This document shows, in pieces, positions 1 to 9,426 of a DNA stretch of 62,132 bases (positions within the stretch are counted from its first letter, which is position 1; the number at the start of each line of letters is the position of its first letter). The stretch spans positions 1 through 62,132 of the forward strand of contig CAWIEK010000007.1 of the NCBI GenBank assembly GCA_963835065.1, given 5' to 3'. The position numbers and the translations under genes are program-made. A model generated the notes under the pieces. It did not search any database. It saw nothing but the letters and a program-made list of their open reading frames with translations, and was not told the origin of the DNA. The DNA comes from an uncultured Chthonomonadaceae bacterium (GTDB taxonomy: Bacteria > Armatimonadota > Chthonomonadetes > Chthonomonadales > Chthonomonadaceae).

Positions 1-79
1 TCCCCATCAGGCAGGGCACGAGGATGGTAACGAAAATACAAACGATGCGATTGCGCAGCCTGGGCAGAAATGTAGGCAT
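1..79 (-). CDS. 5' end of a probable membrane/secreted protein running off the window edge
   Basis: ATG at 79 opens MPTFLPRLRNRIVCIFVTILVPCLMG, a basic then hydrophobic N-terminus, open to base 1. Confidence 0.4.
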   Translation of the reverse strand, partial: MPTFLPRLRNRIVCIFVTILVPCLMG

Positions 80-314
80 AATGTTGCTCATAAGCGCCAA
101 TGGTAAAACCTCTGCATTGAGGCCATGAAAGACATGGTTTCCCTGACAACGGCGGATTGTTGCCTGCGGCGTACCGTTTCAACAGCGGCTTTGCGCCTGC
201 AGTCTTCCGCAAGCGTCATTTTTCACCGACTGGCGTATTTATCGGCAGATACCGACACCCGTTCCCTCCCGAAAAGTACGGGTGTGGTTGAAATCCTTTG
301 AAGGAAAAAGCAGA

Positions 315-428
315 AGACGGTAGACGGTAGACGGTAGACGGTAGGAGTACCTACCTGCATAAAGCTGTGCAGCACAGCTATAGTTTAAAAGAACGGGCTT
401 TTCTACCGTCTACCGTCTACCGTCTACC
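315..428. repeat. Inverted pair of heptamer tandem arrays (AGACGGT)n / (CTACCGT)n
   Basis: About 4 units at 315-344 and the reverse-complement array at 403-428, just upstream of the pyrD ATG. Confidence 0.9.
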
Positions 429-438
429 CGGAGCCAAA

Positions 439-1529
439 ATGATTTACCGTCGAATCGCGCGCCCGCTGCTGTTTGCGCAGGATGCGGAAAGCGCGCATGA
501 GCATACGCTGGAAATGCTGTCCGGCATCAGCCATCTGGCCCTGCCGCCGGGCAAGGGCGTGTTTACGCATACCCGATTGCAGACGGAGGTGGCCGGGCTG
601 GCGTTTCCCAACCCGGTCGGGCTGGCGGCGGGGTGTGACAAGAACGCGCGGGCGGTTCCCGTGTGGCCCCGTTTCGGGTTCGGGTTTGTGGAAGTGGGCA
701 CGGTGACGGCGCAGCCGCAGGGGGGCAATCCGAAGCCCCGCGTGTTCCGCGTGGCCGCGCACGAGGCGTTGGTCAATCGTTTGGGCTTCAACAGCGAAGG
801 CTCGGAAGCGGTGGCGCGGCGGCTTGCCTTACTGCGGCGGCGGGAGCGGAAGCTGCTCGTTCCTCTCGGCGTCAACATCGGCAAAACCAAGCTCGTTACG
901 GGAGATGAGGCCATTCTGGAGGATTACTGCACCGGTTTCCGCCGCCTGTCGCGCCATGCCGATTTCGTTGTAGTCAATGTATCCTCACCCAACACGCCGG
1001 GTTTAAGACAGTGGCAGGAAAAGGACAAATTGGGCGCGCTGCTCGGAGTCTTGATGAACGAGTCGGAGTCACTGGCGCAAAAGCGGAATACAGCGCCGCT
1101 GCCCGTTTTCGTGAAAATTTCGCCGGATATGGCGGAGGGAGATATGGCGGATGTGGTCGAAGTGGTGTTGGACAAGCGGCTTGCGGGCATCATCGCCACC
1201 AATACCACGCTTGCACGCGAAGGTACGCTGGCGGGCGTGGAAAGCAATGGCGGACTGAGCGGCAAGCCCCTGCGCGCCCGCGCCACGGAAGTGATTCGCT
1301 TTCTCTATCGCTGCACTGAGGGCAAGCTGCCGCTTATCGGCGTGGGCGGGATTTTTTCGGCGGAAGACGCTTATGAGCGCCTGCGGGCGGGCGCCTCCTT
1401 AGTTCAGATTTACACGGGTTTGGTCTATGAGGTCCGTACCTGCCCAAACGCATCAATCAAGGCTTGCTCAAACTCATGGAGCGCGACGGCGTAAAGCGCG
1501 TTTCCGAACTCGTCGGCACAGGCGTGTAA
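439..1529 (+). CDS. pyrD: Dihydroorotate dehydrogenase (quinone), class 2; apparent 1-nt frameshift near 1431
   Basis: NPVGLAAG.DKN, GN.KPR.FR, NVSSPNTPGLR and GGLSG.PL motifs; restoring one G at TATGAG(G)TCCG gives the usual YEGP...LLKLMERDG C-terminus ending TAA at 1529. Confidence 0.93.
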
Positions 1530-1834
1530 TCGCCGGTACGTTTCAAGTGACAACTCCCCATGTTCCGTTAGTTTTTTCAGCGCCAAAATTGCGCAGATTA
1601 CACGAAATGCAGGATTTTGCAGTGGCATGTCGAATGGTAGGAGGCGAAACCAGCGTTATCAAGGAGAACATTTGAAATGAGCCATCCCGCGCCTGCCTGC
1701 CCCCGGTGCAATCAGCCCATGCAAGAGGGTTTTATGAACAAACATCACACCGTAGCAGGCTTGCGCAAGTTACTGAGGTTGAATACGCGACTATGTTATT
1801 CTTTAAGGGCAAATAGGCCATAGGAGAGACAAAC

Positions 1835-1987
1835 GTGACGGTAATTGCGGCGCTAGTCGCCTTGTTGTGTGTCGTCGGCATAATCGGAGCCGTTGTCAAA
1901 CGGCTGTTCCGTGTGGCCGTGATGTTCGCGGTCTTCGCTCTGCTCATCGTGGGCGCGGCTGTTTACGTAATCGCTACGATGCATTGA
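1835..1987 (+). CDS. Small 50-aa two-helix membrane protein (not in the ORF track)
   Basis: AGGAG RBS, GTG start, MTVIAALVALLCVVGIIGAVVKRLFRVAVMFAVFALLIVGAAVYVIATMH*. Confidence 0.6.
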   Translation: MTVIAALVALLCVVGIIGAVVKRLFRVAVMFAVFALLIVGAAVYVIATMH

Positions 1988-2111
1988 CCTGCGCGCTGAA
2001 GTGAGACATTTACGTCAAGAAAGCGGAAAAGCCCCTCTCCCGGCGAGGAACGAGCGGCCAGGAGAGGGGCATGTCCATAAGTGGGCGCCTGGTGAGGCAC
2101 GTCGGCAAACG

Positions 2112-3452
2112 CTATTTGTGCAGCAGTCCCATGATGTCGTTGTACATGACCAGCACGAAGAGGACGCCGATGATGGAAACGCCGACTAATTGCGCGGCGT
2201 ACACTTCGCGCCCGGTCAGCTTGCGCCGGCGGATGCCTTCGATACTGAGCAGCAGCAGATGCCCGCCATCTAAGACAGGTATGGGCAGCAGGTTCATAAT
2301 CCCCAGGCTGATACTGAGCAGGGCGGCGGTAAAGACCACGCGCCAGGGGCCTTCCTTGCTGTCTTGATGGATTTGCCCGGCGATTCGCAGGACGCCGCCT
2401 ACATTGCCCGCCGCCAGTTTCGGGTGCGTCAGCACAATCAGCGTACTGCGGACGTAATTGACAATCAGCGTGGTTCCCGTTTTCACCGCGCCCACCACGC
2501 CGTAACGCTCCCACACGATATGCGGATGCGGCACAAATCCCAACTGTCCCTGTTTCGACGCGGGCTTGCCGCTGCCACTGTCTTCACTCACGTCTACCGA
2601 ATCCGGAGTGGCGGTCAGAGTCAGCAGCGGGGATTTCTCGCGCTCCACCACGAGGCGCAGGGGAACCCCCGGATTGTTGTGGATAATCCCAACCATCTGC
2701 TCGCCATTGGTGACTTTGGTGTCGTTGATCTGTACAATCCGGTCGCCCGGTTTCAAGCCGACTTTATCGGCAGGCTTCCCCCGGACAACCGACTCAATGA
2801 CGTTTTCCGTGTAATCCGGATAGGGTAGGCCCGCCGTCATACCCATCGCGCAAAACAGAAAATAGCCCAGGAACAGGCTCATCACCGGCCCGGCGAAAAT
2901 CACGGCTGCGCGCTGCCAGAGCGGTTTCTGGTTGTACAGGGCCGGGTCGGGCACATAATTCTTGGTGGCAAGCGCGAGTTCGATGTAACGTTGCTCCTGC
3001 GCCGTGATTGTGGCGCCGTTCGCAAGCGCGAACAACTCGGCCTCGCCCTCCGTTGTCAGTTTCCCGTCCTCAACAGCGTCCTCGACAGCGTGTTCGACGC
3101 GCTCGGAAATCTGCTCCGGGTCAATTTGCTCCAGCGCCTCGTAATCCAGCCCCTGCAAAATCTTCGCGAAGCGCCGCTCTTTCGGGTCCCGGCGCAGCAG
3201 GGGCGCCCCATTGGAAACATCCTCCGGCTCCATGCCCGCGATTTTGACGAAGCCGCCCAGAGGAACGCTGCGAATGTTGTATTCCGTGCCGTTACGCTCA
3301 CCCAATCTGATGAGACGTTTGCCGAAAAACAGCGAAAAATCGTCCACGCGCATGCCGCACAGTTTCGCCACAATGAAGTGACCCCACTCATGCGCCAGCA
3401 CCAGCACGCTCAACACGGCCAGAAAGTAACACGCCGAGATTATTTTATCCAT
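2112..3452 (-). CDS. rseP: RIP metalloprotease RseP (M50, PDZ)
   Basis: HEWGH zinc motif, PLGGFVK, FAGP, PDZ (PADKVGLKPGDRI), NLLPIPVLDGG; downstream of dxr. Confidence 0.93.
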   Translation of the reverse strand: MDKIISACYFLAVLSVLVLAHEWGHFIVAKLCGMRVDDFSLFFGKRLIRLGERNGTEYNIRSVPLGGFVKIAGMEPEDVSNGAPLLRRDPKERRFAKILQGLDYEALEQIDPEQISERVEHAVEDAVEDGKLTTEGEAELFALANGATITAQEQRYIELALATKNYVPDPALYNQKPLWQRAAVIFAGPVMSLFLGYFLFCAMGMTAGLPYPDYTENVIESVVRGKPADKVGLKPGDRIVQINDTKVTNGEQMVGIIHNNPGVPLRLVVEREKSPLLTLTATPDSVDVSEDSGSGKPASKQGQLGFVPHPHIVWERYGVVGAVKTGTTLIVNYVRSTLIVLTHPKLAAGNVGGVLRIAGQIHQDSKEGPWRVVFTAALLSISLGIMNLLPIPVLDGGHLLLLSIEGIRRRKLTGREVYAAQLVGVSIIGVLFVLVMYNDIMGLLHK

Positions 3453-3470
3453 ACAGGCAAGCTCCAGAGG

Positions 3471-3590
3471 TAGGCATTAGGCATTAGGCATCAGGCATTA
3501 GGATCAAACGTCAAAGTGTTTTGCTGCTCTGGCAAAACTATGGTATAGCAGCGTCTTTCCTAATGCCTGATGCCTAATGCCTAATGCCTG
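3471..3590. repeat. Inverted pair of heptamer arrays (GGCATTA)n / (TAATGCC)n
   Basis: Arrays at 3471-3502 and 3559-3590; the second overlaps the dxr stop codon. Confidence 0.9.
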
Positions 3591-4728
3591 TATTTACGAT
3601 TTGCCGCGCCCAACGGTCGGCTTCCAGCACGTTGGCATACGTGGGCGGCAGGAGGTCGTGCTGATCCATCGCGCGCTCTACGGCGCGGGTCAGCTCCAAA
3701 AACGGGATTTGATTGTTCAAAAACAAGTCTACCGCCGCTTCGTTGGCAGCGTTCATTACTGCAGGCATCGTGCCGCCCTGCTGAACGGCTCGCCGCGCAA
3801 GCTGCAAAGCCGGGAATTTGGTTTCATCCGGCGCTTCAAAGGTTAAGTTGGCGTAATCTTTCAGTTCCATGCGCGGCAACTGCGTGTCCAGGCGTTCCGG
3901 GTAGACCAGCGCGTATTGGATGGGCAGGCGCATGTCGGGCAGTCCCAATTGCGCCAGGGTAGACCCGTCGTTGAAGCGCACCATCGAATGAATGATGGAC
4001 TGCGGATGCACGACAACTTCAACGTTTTCTACCGGCACATCGAACAGCCACCGCGCTTCGATGATTTCCAGCGCCTTGTTCATCAGAGTCGCGGAATTGA
4101 TCGTAACCAGCCCGCCCATCGTCCACGTCGGATGCTTCAGCGCCTGCGCGGGCGTCACTTTTGCCAGTTCTTCGATAGGCGTTTTGCGGAACGGCCCGCC
4201 CGACGCGGTCAGCAGAATCCGCTCGATGCTTTTGCCCGACGCGCCCTGCAGGCATTGAAAAATGGCGGAGTGTTCGCTGTCAATGGGCAGAATGGCCGCG
4301 TTTTTGGCCCGCGCCAATGCCATCGTGGTTTCGCCAGCCGCAACCAGAACTTCCTTGCTGGCAAGCGCGATGTCCTTGCCCGCGTTTAAGGCGGCATGCG
4401 TGGGCGCAATCCCAATCGCGCCCGCAACCGCAACCACCACCAAATCCACGTCGGACAATGTGGCGGCTTCGCACATCCCTTCGACGCCGCCGACAACCCG
4501 CAGGTTTCGGTTTGCGCCCCCAAGCTGCGCTTTCAACTCGCCCACGCGCTCGGCGTTACCAATGGATACGCAGGAAACCCCGAAAGCATTTGCCTGTTGC
4601 GCCAATAGTTCCACATTATTGTTGGCGGCCAGCGCGACAATCTGGAACCGCTCCGGCAATCGCCGCGCAATATCCAGCACCTGCGTCCCGATAGACCCCG
4701 TTGACCCCAATATCGCCAATCGTTTCAT
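3574..4728 (-). CDS. dxr: 1-deoxy-D-xylulose 5-phosphate reductoisomerase
   Basis: LGSTGSIG, LPIDSEH, LTASGGPF, HPTW.MG, DMRLPI, NAANE motifs. Confidence 0.97.
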   Translation of the reverse strand: MKRLAILGSTGSIGTQVLDIARRLPERFQIVALAANNNVELLAQQANAFGVSCVSIGNAERVGELKAQLGGANRNLRVVGGVEGMCEAATLSDVDLVVVAVAGAIGIAPTHAALNAGKDIALASKEVLVAAGETTMALARAKNAAILPIDSEHSAIFQCLQGASGKSIERILLTASGGPFRKTPIEELAKVTPAQALKHPTWTMGGLVTINSATLMNKALEIIEARWLFDVPVENVEVVVHPQSIIHSMVRFNDGSTLAQLGLPDMRLPIQYALVYPERLDTQLPRMELKDYANLTFEAPDETKFPALQLARRAVQQGGTMPAVMNAANEAAVDLFLNNQIPFLELTRAVERAMDQHDLLPPTYANVLEADRWARQIVNTGIRH

Positions 4729-4832
4729 CCGTCTTTACCTCCTTCAAAGTGTAGCACACAATTTAATGATTGCCTCCTGTTTCTGGATGCCTTTGCTCAC
4801 AGCGGCAAAGAAGAGAAAACGGTAGGAAACTA

Positions 4833-4895
4833 AAGGATTTCATAGTCACGGCCGGGAAGTGGGGATTTGTTGGGCGCGAGGGTGCGCCAATCACT
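4833..4895 (+). repeat. 63-bp dispersed repeat, copy 1 (REP-like hairpin)
   Basis: Near-identical to 11530-11592; contains a TTGGGCGC...GCGCCAA imperfect hairpin. Confidence 0.85.
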
Positions 4896-4927
4896 TCTTC
4901 CCCTCTCCTCCCCGTGTTCCCCGTGGT

Positions 4928-5410
4928 TTAATGACTCTCCGATTCGAGGATACGCTTGGCCGCCGTTTGCAGATGCACAAGCAGTTCCCAAATCACGCGC
5001 CGCAGCCAGAACCGTTCCACCGGCAGGCCGAGCGGCCAGAACGGAGCCGAAAACTGCATCCGATCCGTCAGGCGTGTTCGGTTGCCGGGCAGGACTTGCA
5101 TCCAGTGGTCATGCTTCCACACGCCGAACGGCCCGCGTACCTGCTCGTCGCAAAAGTAAGCCCGGTCAGGATGCGGCTGTCCGGGCGCTTCAAAGACGGT
5201 GATACGCGACGCCAGCGGCCAATGGATGCCGCCGTACCTGCCGCGTAGCCGAACCGTCGTGCCAAGTTTGAGCGGAATATCGCCCGCATCTACAAGTTCT
5301 TCCTGCGAGTGCGGCGGCGACAAACGCGCATGATTACGAATGTCGGTTAAAAACGCGAACACCGTTGCCAGCGGCGCGTCAATCTCTACCGAGCGTTCAA
5401 GAATTTGCAT
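4928..5410 (-). CDS. SRPBCC family protein
   Basis: IDAPLATVFAF, DEQVRGPFGVWKHDH, TRLTD motifs. Confidence 0.85.
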   Translation of the reverse strand: MQILERSVEIDAPLATVFAFLTDIRNHARLSPPHSQEELVDAGDIPLKLGTTVRLRGRYGGIHWPLASRITVFEAPGQPHPDRAYFCDEQVRGPFGVWKHDHWMQVLPGNRTRLTDRMQFSAPFWPLGLPVERFWLRRVIWELLVHLQTAAKRILESESH

Positions 5411-5563
5411 AGTGCCTCTCGTTCTTTTTGCATTGCAGGGTAGATTTATGTTACAATCGTGTTAAGCCCAACGTATGGGACATCATTATGTGGGCTGCAA
5501 TGTGGATACAGCCAGTTTAATCAATGCACAAGGCCGCGACTATGGGATACGCTTAAACCATGA

Positions 5564-5953
5564 ATGAATACTACGCAAGAACAATCTAAATCCGTGTCAG
5601 AGTTGGTGGAGGAAAGCGATAAACTCCATGACGTATTCGGCGTGTCAGTCAACCCTCTACAGAGTATGCCAGCCGATGTTAGACCGTCTTCGGACAATAA
5701 CAACAATTCTAATGGGCAGGGTACGCCGGTTGTGGACGAAAAAACCTGGGAGCGCATTAACGTTCGCAGGTGTGACCTCATCCGCCGAAAGTATACTGAA
5801 GAACTTACAAGCGCAGAACAAGCAGAACTTGAATCTCTTGAGGAAGCAGCGACCAAATACCTTGATACTATAGCGCCTTTGCCCAACTATCCGTTGGATG
5901 CGCTACAGGCGCAAGTAGCCAGGATAAAGACCAAGCAGAAGAATGGCTCCTGA
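5564..5953 (+). CDS. Hypothetical helical protein coupled to the HNH gene
   Basis: 129-aa ORF with RRCDLIRRKY..ELTSAEQAELESL; overlaps the HNH gene start. Confidence 0.7.
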   Translation: MNTTQEQSKSVSELVEESDKLHDVFGVSVNPLQSMPADVRPSSDNNNNSNGQGTPVVDEKTWERINVRRCDLIRRKYTEELTSAEQAELESLEEAATKYLDTIAPLPNYPLDALQAQVARIKTKQKNGS

Positions 5954-6254
5954 CATCATCCGCAAGGCATTCGCTTTTCCTGACGTGAAAATAGTTCGTC
6001 GTCATGGCCCGGCGGGGTATACGGATTACAGCAGCTACAAACCCTGGCTGCGTGACGAGTTCTCATTTCGCTGCGTTTATTGCTTGGAGCGCGAACGATG
6101 GAACCCCGATCCCGAAGGCAGTACCGGCGCAGACCATTTTCGTCCTCAGTCTATTTATCCTATTCCTGACCAACGATTACAACAACCTCTTGTATTCCTG
6201 CCTGCGCTGCAACCGAGCCAAACTCGCCAATTCAGGGGTGTTAAATCCATGTGA

Positions 6255-6525
6255 GGGTTCTTTGCCCATAGAACCGGCAAGGTATAGTTCGCGTAAATCT
6301 GCACATAGGCGGGTCATGAATAACCTCTCCCTGAAGTGTTCTCGTGGCAATTCAGTCGTTGAGGATTCCGTGAATAGTTTCCATGATGATTTTGCCTATC
6401 AAACCCACAGAAAATGCAGGATCATTCGCAGTGATTTCCTTTCTGCCGGAAAACACTTGTTTTCCGGCAGGAAGGAGCAGGACACGCCCAACTATACCTT
6501 TCCGATGCTATGGGCAAAAACCCCC
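6255..6525 (+). mobile_element. MITE, left copy
   Basis: Own ~36-bp imperfect TIRs (GGGTTCTTTGCCCATAG... and ...CTATGGGCAAAAACCCCC); internal palindrome CTGCCGGAAAACACTTGTTTTCCGGCAG. Confidence 0.85.
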
Positions 6526-6751
6526 GACTCCCAAGAGTATTGCCGACTGGCACCGTGCCAGGATGCGGGAACTGGGGGAGGAATGCAAGCGCAGATTCAG
6601 CGAGAAGGACGTAAGGTCCCACGTCTATGCCGACACGTCGCCTGAGGATGCCTATTGGATAGGGAGAAGCAAGGAGGCAGAATTTGCCCAGGCGATCATA
6701 GACGCGGCCGTGGCCCGAGCCGTCGGGGAGGATGGGGATGCCCAGGACTGA
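6526..6751 (+). pseudogene. 3' fragment of a captured gene truncated by the left MITE
   Basis: Open frame with the AGG/GAG-rich codon style of the cargo; its 5' extension lies inside MITE sequence. Confidence 0.5.
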
Positions 6752-6959
6752 CGCCGAGGACAACGCGAACCTGTACCGCATCCTGATACCGCAGCTCATG
6801 GAGCAGGCATTGGGCAAGGATCCGGGAGTGTGCGAGCTGTGCGGGGCCATAGGCAGGAACACGGTGCACCATCCGGTCTACGAGGGCGCGACCATCTACG
6901 ACCTGATGTTCGTGTGCTACCGCTGCAATCTCAAGTCAGAGAACAGGAATTTAATCTAA
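6732..6959 (+). CDS. Small zinc-binding HNH-like protein
   Basis: CELC...HH..Y...VCYRCN pattern in 75 aa; GGAGG upstream. Confidence 0.65.
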   Translation: MGMPRTDAEDNANLYRILIPQLMEQALGKDPGVCELCGAIGRNTVHHPVYEGATIYDLMFVCYRCNLKSENRNLI

Positions 6960-7035
6960 GCCATATAAATGGCAAAATATTCAAATATATTGCTATATTA
7001 AAACGTCAACGAGCGCGGGGAAAAAGAGATGGGCG

Positions 7036-7371
7036 ATGGGCTTTGCAGACAGGTTGCGGCAGGACGCACAGAAGGAGAAGCAGCGCCAGCAGGCGGAGGG
7101 CGATGCCGAGTGGGTACGCGAGAGGACGGCGGAGGCTGAGAAGTACCGGCAGAAGGCTAGGACCATACTCGCCAGCCTGGAGAACAACCTCCGGCGTGCC
7201 GTGGCGCAGGGGAACGACAGGATGTTCCTGTACGACTACTACGAACCCAAGCCCAAGGCTTTCGATGAGGTGGATAGGAAGGTCAATTCCCTAGGACTGG
7301 AAATCAGGGAGGAGCTGGAAGGGCATTACACGGAGCCTCCCCAGAGGCACAACGTGTACGCCGTGTGGTAG
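7036..7371 (+). CDS. Hypothetical protein (cargo)
   Basis: 111-aa ORF with GC3-rich codons and a helical N-terminus. Confidence 0.65.
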   Translation: MGFADRLRQDAQKEKQRQQAEGDAEWVRERTAEAEKYRQKARTILASLENNLRRAVAQGNDRMFLYDYYEPKPKAFDEVDRKVNSLGLEIREELEGHYTEPPQRHNVYAVW

Positions 7372-7527
7372 GGGAGGCAAGGCGTGCGCCGTTGGGGAGA
7401 AGGGGAATGAATTAGCCTTCTCCCGCTTCTGATCGTCTTACTAACTAAGTAAACCGAAGGCCAAACTTCGTATAAGTTCAATCTCGAAAACCTACGAACT
7501 TACACCAACGGGCTACTTATGGACAAA

Positions 7528-7818
7528 TCAGGTAAACATTGAACAATGACGAGAGGAAATTCTGCCGCCCAATGTCCAACTTCTATTGATTTGTCCATTA
7601 GATGGCGATTTCTTCGGTGTCTTATTGATAAAATCACGGAGCTGCTCAACCAGCGGGTCTATCTGCTTTCTCACCTCGTCCAGCTCCGTCGCCGCCTTGT
7701 CCCACGCGGCGTTCTCGTCATCGCTCGTGACGGGCTTGCTGAGGACTTCAAGCAGCCTGTGCTGCTCAAGTCCCAGAGGATTGAGTTTATCTAGAATCTC
7801 TTCCTTTTGCGGACGCAA
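7528..7818 (-). CDS. Hypothetical protein (cargo), start uncertain
   Basis: Amphipathic helical ORF; AGGAG RBS near 7836 suggests the true start is slightly upstream. Confidence 0.4.
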   Translation of the reverse strand: MRPQKEEILDKLNPLGLEQHRLLEVLSKPVTSDDENAAWDKAATELDEVRKQIDPLVEQLRDFINKTPKKSPSNGQINRSWTLGGRISSRHCSMFT

Positions 7819-7885
7819 AGGATCTATGTGTGATACTCCTTCTGATTGAAAATAGGGGACCCGGACGATTCCAAGCCCCCGGTGA

Positions 7886-8155
7886 CTACATGCGCTCCAG
7901 CTTCCTGTACACCTCGTCGTCGTTGCGCTTGCCGATGAGCGTCAGGTACACCGTGTCGGCGTCGAAGCGGTAGACTAGGCGGAACTCGCCGAAGTCTACC
8001 CTCCAGTATCCGTCGTGCCCCTTCACCGGCCCGCAGTCGGCGGGCTGGGGGTCCGTGAGCAGCGCGAACATCTTGTTGCCGATCTGGCGGTACTGCTTCG
8101 CCGCGAGCTCCTGGATGAACTTCAGGGCGTCGCGGGAGATATCGAGTTTCCTCAT
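7886..8155 (-). CDS. RelE/ParE family toxin
   Basis: A.KFIQEL, YWRVDFGEFRLVYRF, IGKRNDDEVY motifs; follows the antitoxin. Confidence 0.9.
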   Translation of the reverse strand: MRKLDISRDALKFIQELAAKQYRQIGNKMFALLTDPQPADCGPVKGHDGYWRVDFGEFRLVYRFDADTVYLTLIGKRNDDEVYRKLERM

Positions 8156-8180
8156 AGCGTTCTCCTGGCTTCGGCGATCG

Positions 8181-8423
8181 CTATTTCATCATGTCCTCGA
8201 GGATCCGCATGGACTCCTCCGTGCCGACGTAGCCGGACTTCTCCGCCTCCCTGGCACGGGCTCCCCAGTACGCGTCCTCAAGGGCCACCAGGCGCTGGTA
8301 CTCGTCGTAGCCGATCAGGACCGCGTAGCTGCGGCCGGTCTTCTCGACGGTGACGGGCTCCTTCTGCGCCTTGTCCATGAACTCCCCGAAGCGGGTCTTT
8401 ACCTCCGTTGCATTTGCTATCAT
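8181..8423 (-). CDS. Phd/YefM family antitoxin
   Basis: ATEVKTRFGEFMD..QKEPVTVEKTGR..AVLI; AAGGAG RBS. Confidence 0.92.
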   Translation of the reverse strand: MIANATEVKTRFGEFMDKAQKEPVTVEKTGRSYAVLIGYDEYQRLVALEDAYWGARAREAEKSGYVGTEESMRILEDMMK

Positions 8424-8501
8424 TAGTTCCGTCTCCTTACGTGCCTTCCAGGGTGTCTGACGCGCCCCTATGTTCGTTTTCCTACGTTCATTATGCCCTA
8501 T

Positions 8502-8942
8502 TTAATCATAATAATCAAGTCTGGGAGCCAAAAATTCTGAGGCACCCGCGACGGATGGGCTGAGATGCCTCTGGGATGACCTCTTCGCCGCCTGGGGCGG
8601 CACGGGTATCGCGGTCTGGACCGGAGTGCCGTTCCTTGCCGCCGGATCCGGGGCCTTCGCGGGCGGGGGAGCGTCCGGCCTGGCTACCGGGCAGGCCACC
8701 ACGGCGCTGCCGTCCGCCAGCACCCTCAGCTCGACGGGCATATTCGCCTTCTTGAACGCGTTGGATATGCGCCACCTGAGCGCCGAGGCGCTGCCGCCCT
8801 TCTCCACTTCGACGCGCACCGTGTCGCCTTTCTCCACAACCCCGATGATGCCGCCGTACGCGGACACCGGGGCGCGCTTCCCCTTGAACCTGAGTTCCTT
8901 CTCCTCCTCGGGTTCCACCTTGGGGGTTTTTGCCCATAGCAT
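8502..8942 (-). CDS. Captured hypothetical gene fused in frame to an ATG in the right MITE inner end
   Basis: MLWAKTP is MITE-encoded and continues into KVEPEEEKELRFKGKR... with cargo codon style. Confidence 0.5.
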   Translation of the reverse strand: MLWAKTPKVEPEEEKELRFKGKRAPVSAYGGIIGVVEKGDTVRVEVEKGGSASALRWRISNAFKKANMPVELRVLADGSAVVACPVARPDAPPPAKAPDPAARNGTPVQTAIPVPPQAAKRSSQRHLSPSVAGASEFLAPRLDYYD

Positions 8943-9194
8943 CGGAAAGGTATAGTTGAGCGTGTCCTGCTCCTTCCTGCCGGAAAACACTTGTTTTCCG
9001 GCAGAAAGGAAATCACTGCGAATGATCCTGTGTTCTCTGTACTTTTGACAGGCGAAATCGTCACGGAAACTACTTACGGAATCTATTGACAGAGACATTG
9101 TCACGAGAATACTTCCAGAAGAGGTTATTCATGACCCGCCTATGTGCAGATTTACGCGAACTATACCTTGCCGGTTCTATGGGCAAAGAACCCC
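8922..9194 (-). mobile_element. MITE, right copy (inverted)
   Basis: Reverse complement of 6255-6525; near-identical ends and a diverged middle. Confidence 0.85.
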
Positions 9195-9426
9195 ATGTGA
9201 TACGATCTATAGTGAGCATCTACAAATAGAACGCTCCCGAATTGTAACCAGACTGACGCCGGAAGGTAACATTCATATTGGAATTCTGCGACTGAACGAA
9301 CCTGACAGGGTGAAACGCAGAAATGTGTTTATGGAGCAACTGGATTTCTTGTGGAAGCATGGAGATACGCAAGCACAACAGTTGATCGAGTACCTCATGG
9401 GCTATCCTGATAATTTGCCCGATTTA

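Larger units (their letters stand above)
6255..9194. mobile_element. Composite non-autonomous transposon bounded by two inverted ~270-bp MITEs
   Basis: Outer ends are inverted repeats GGGTTCTTTGCCCATAGAACCGGCAAGGTATAGTT...; flanked by direct repeat (C)ATGTGA at 6248-6254 and 9194-9200; no transposase inside. Confidence 0.88.

Noticed and set aside
150..215. c-di-GMP-I riboswitch on the minus strand (GGCGCAAAGCC)
   Set aside because: Only this short motif matches; the GGCAAAC/GAAA P2 arm and closing stem could not be found
6004..6645. ORFs 6004-6645, 6383-6751 and 8502-9104 as full-length genes
   Set aside because: They are chimeric read-throughs across MITE sequence; their shared peptide is simply the translated MITE
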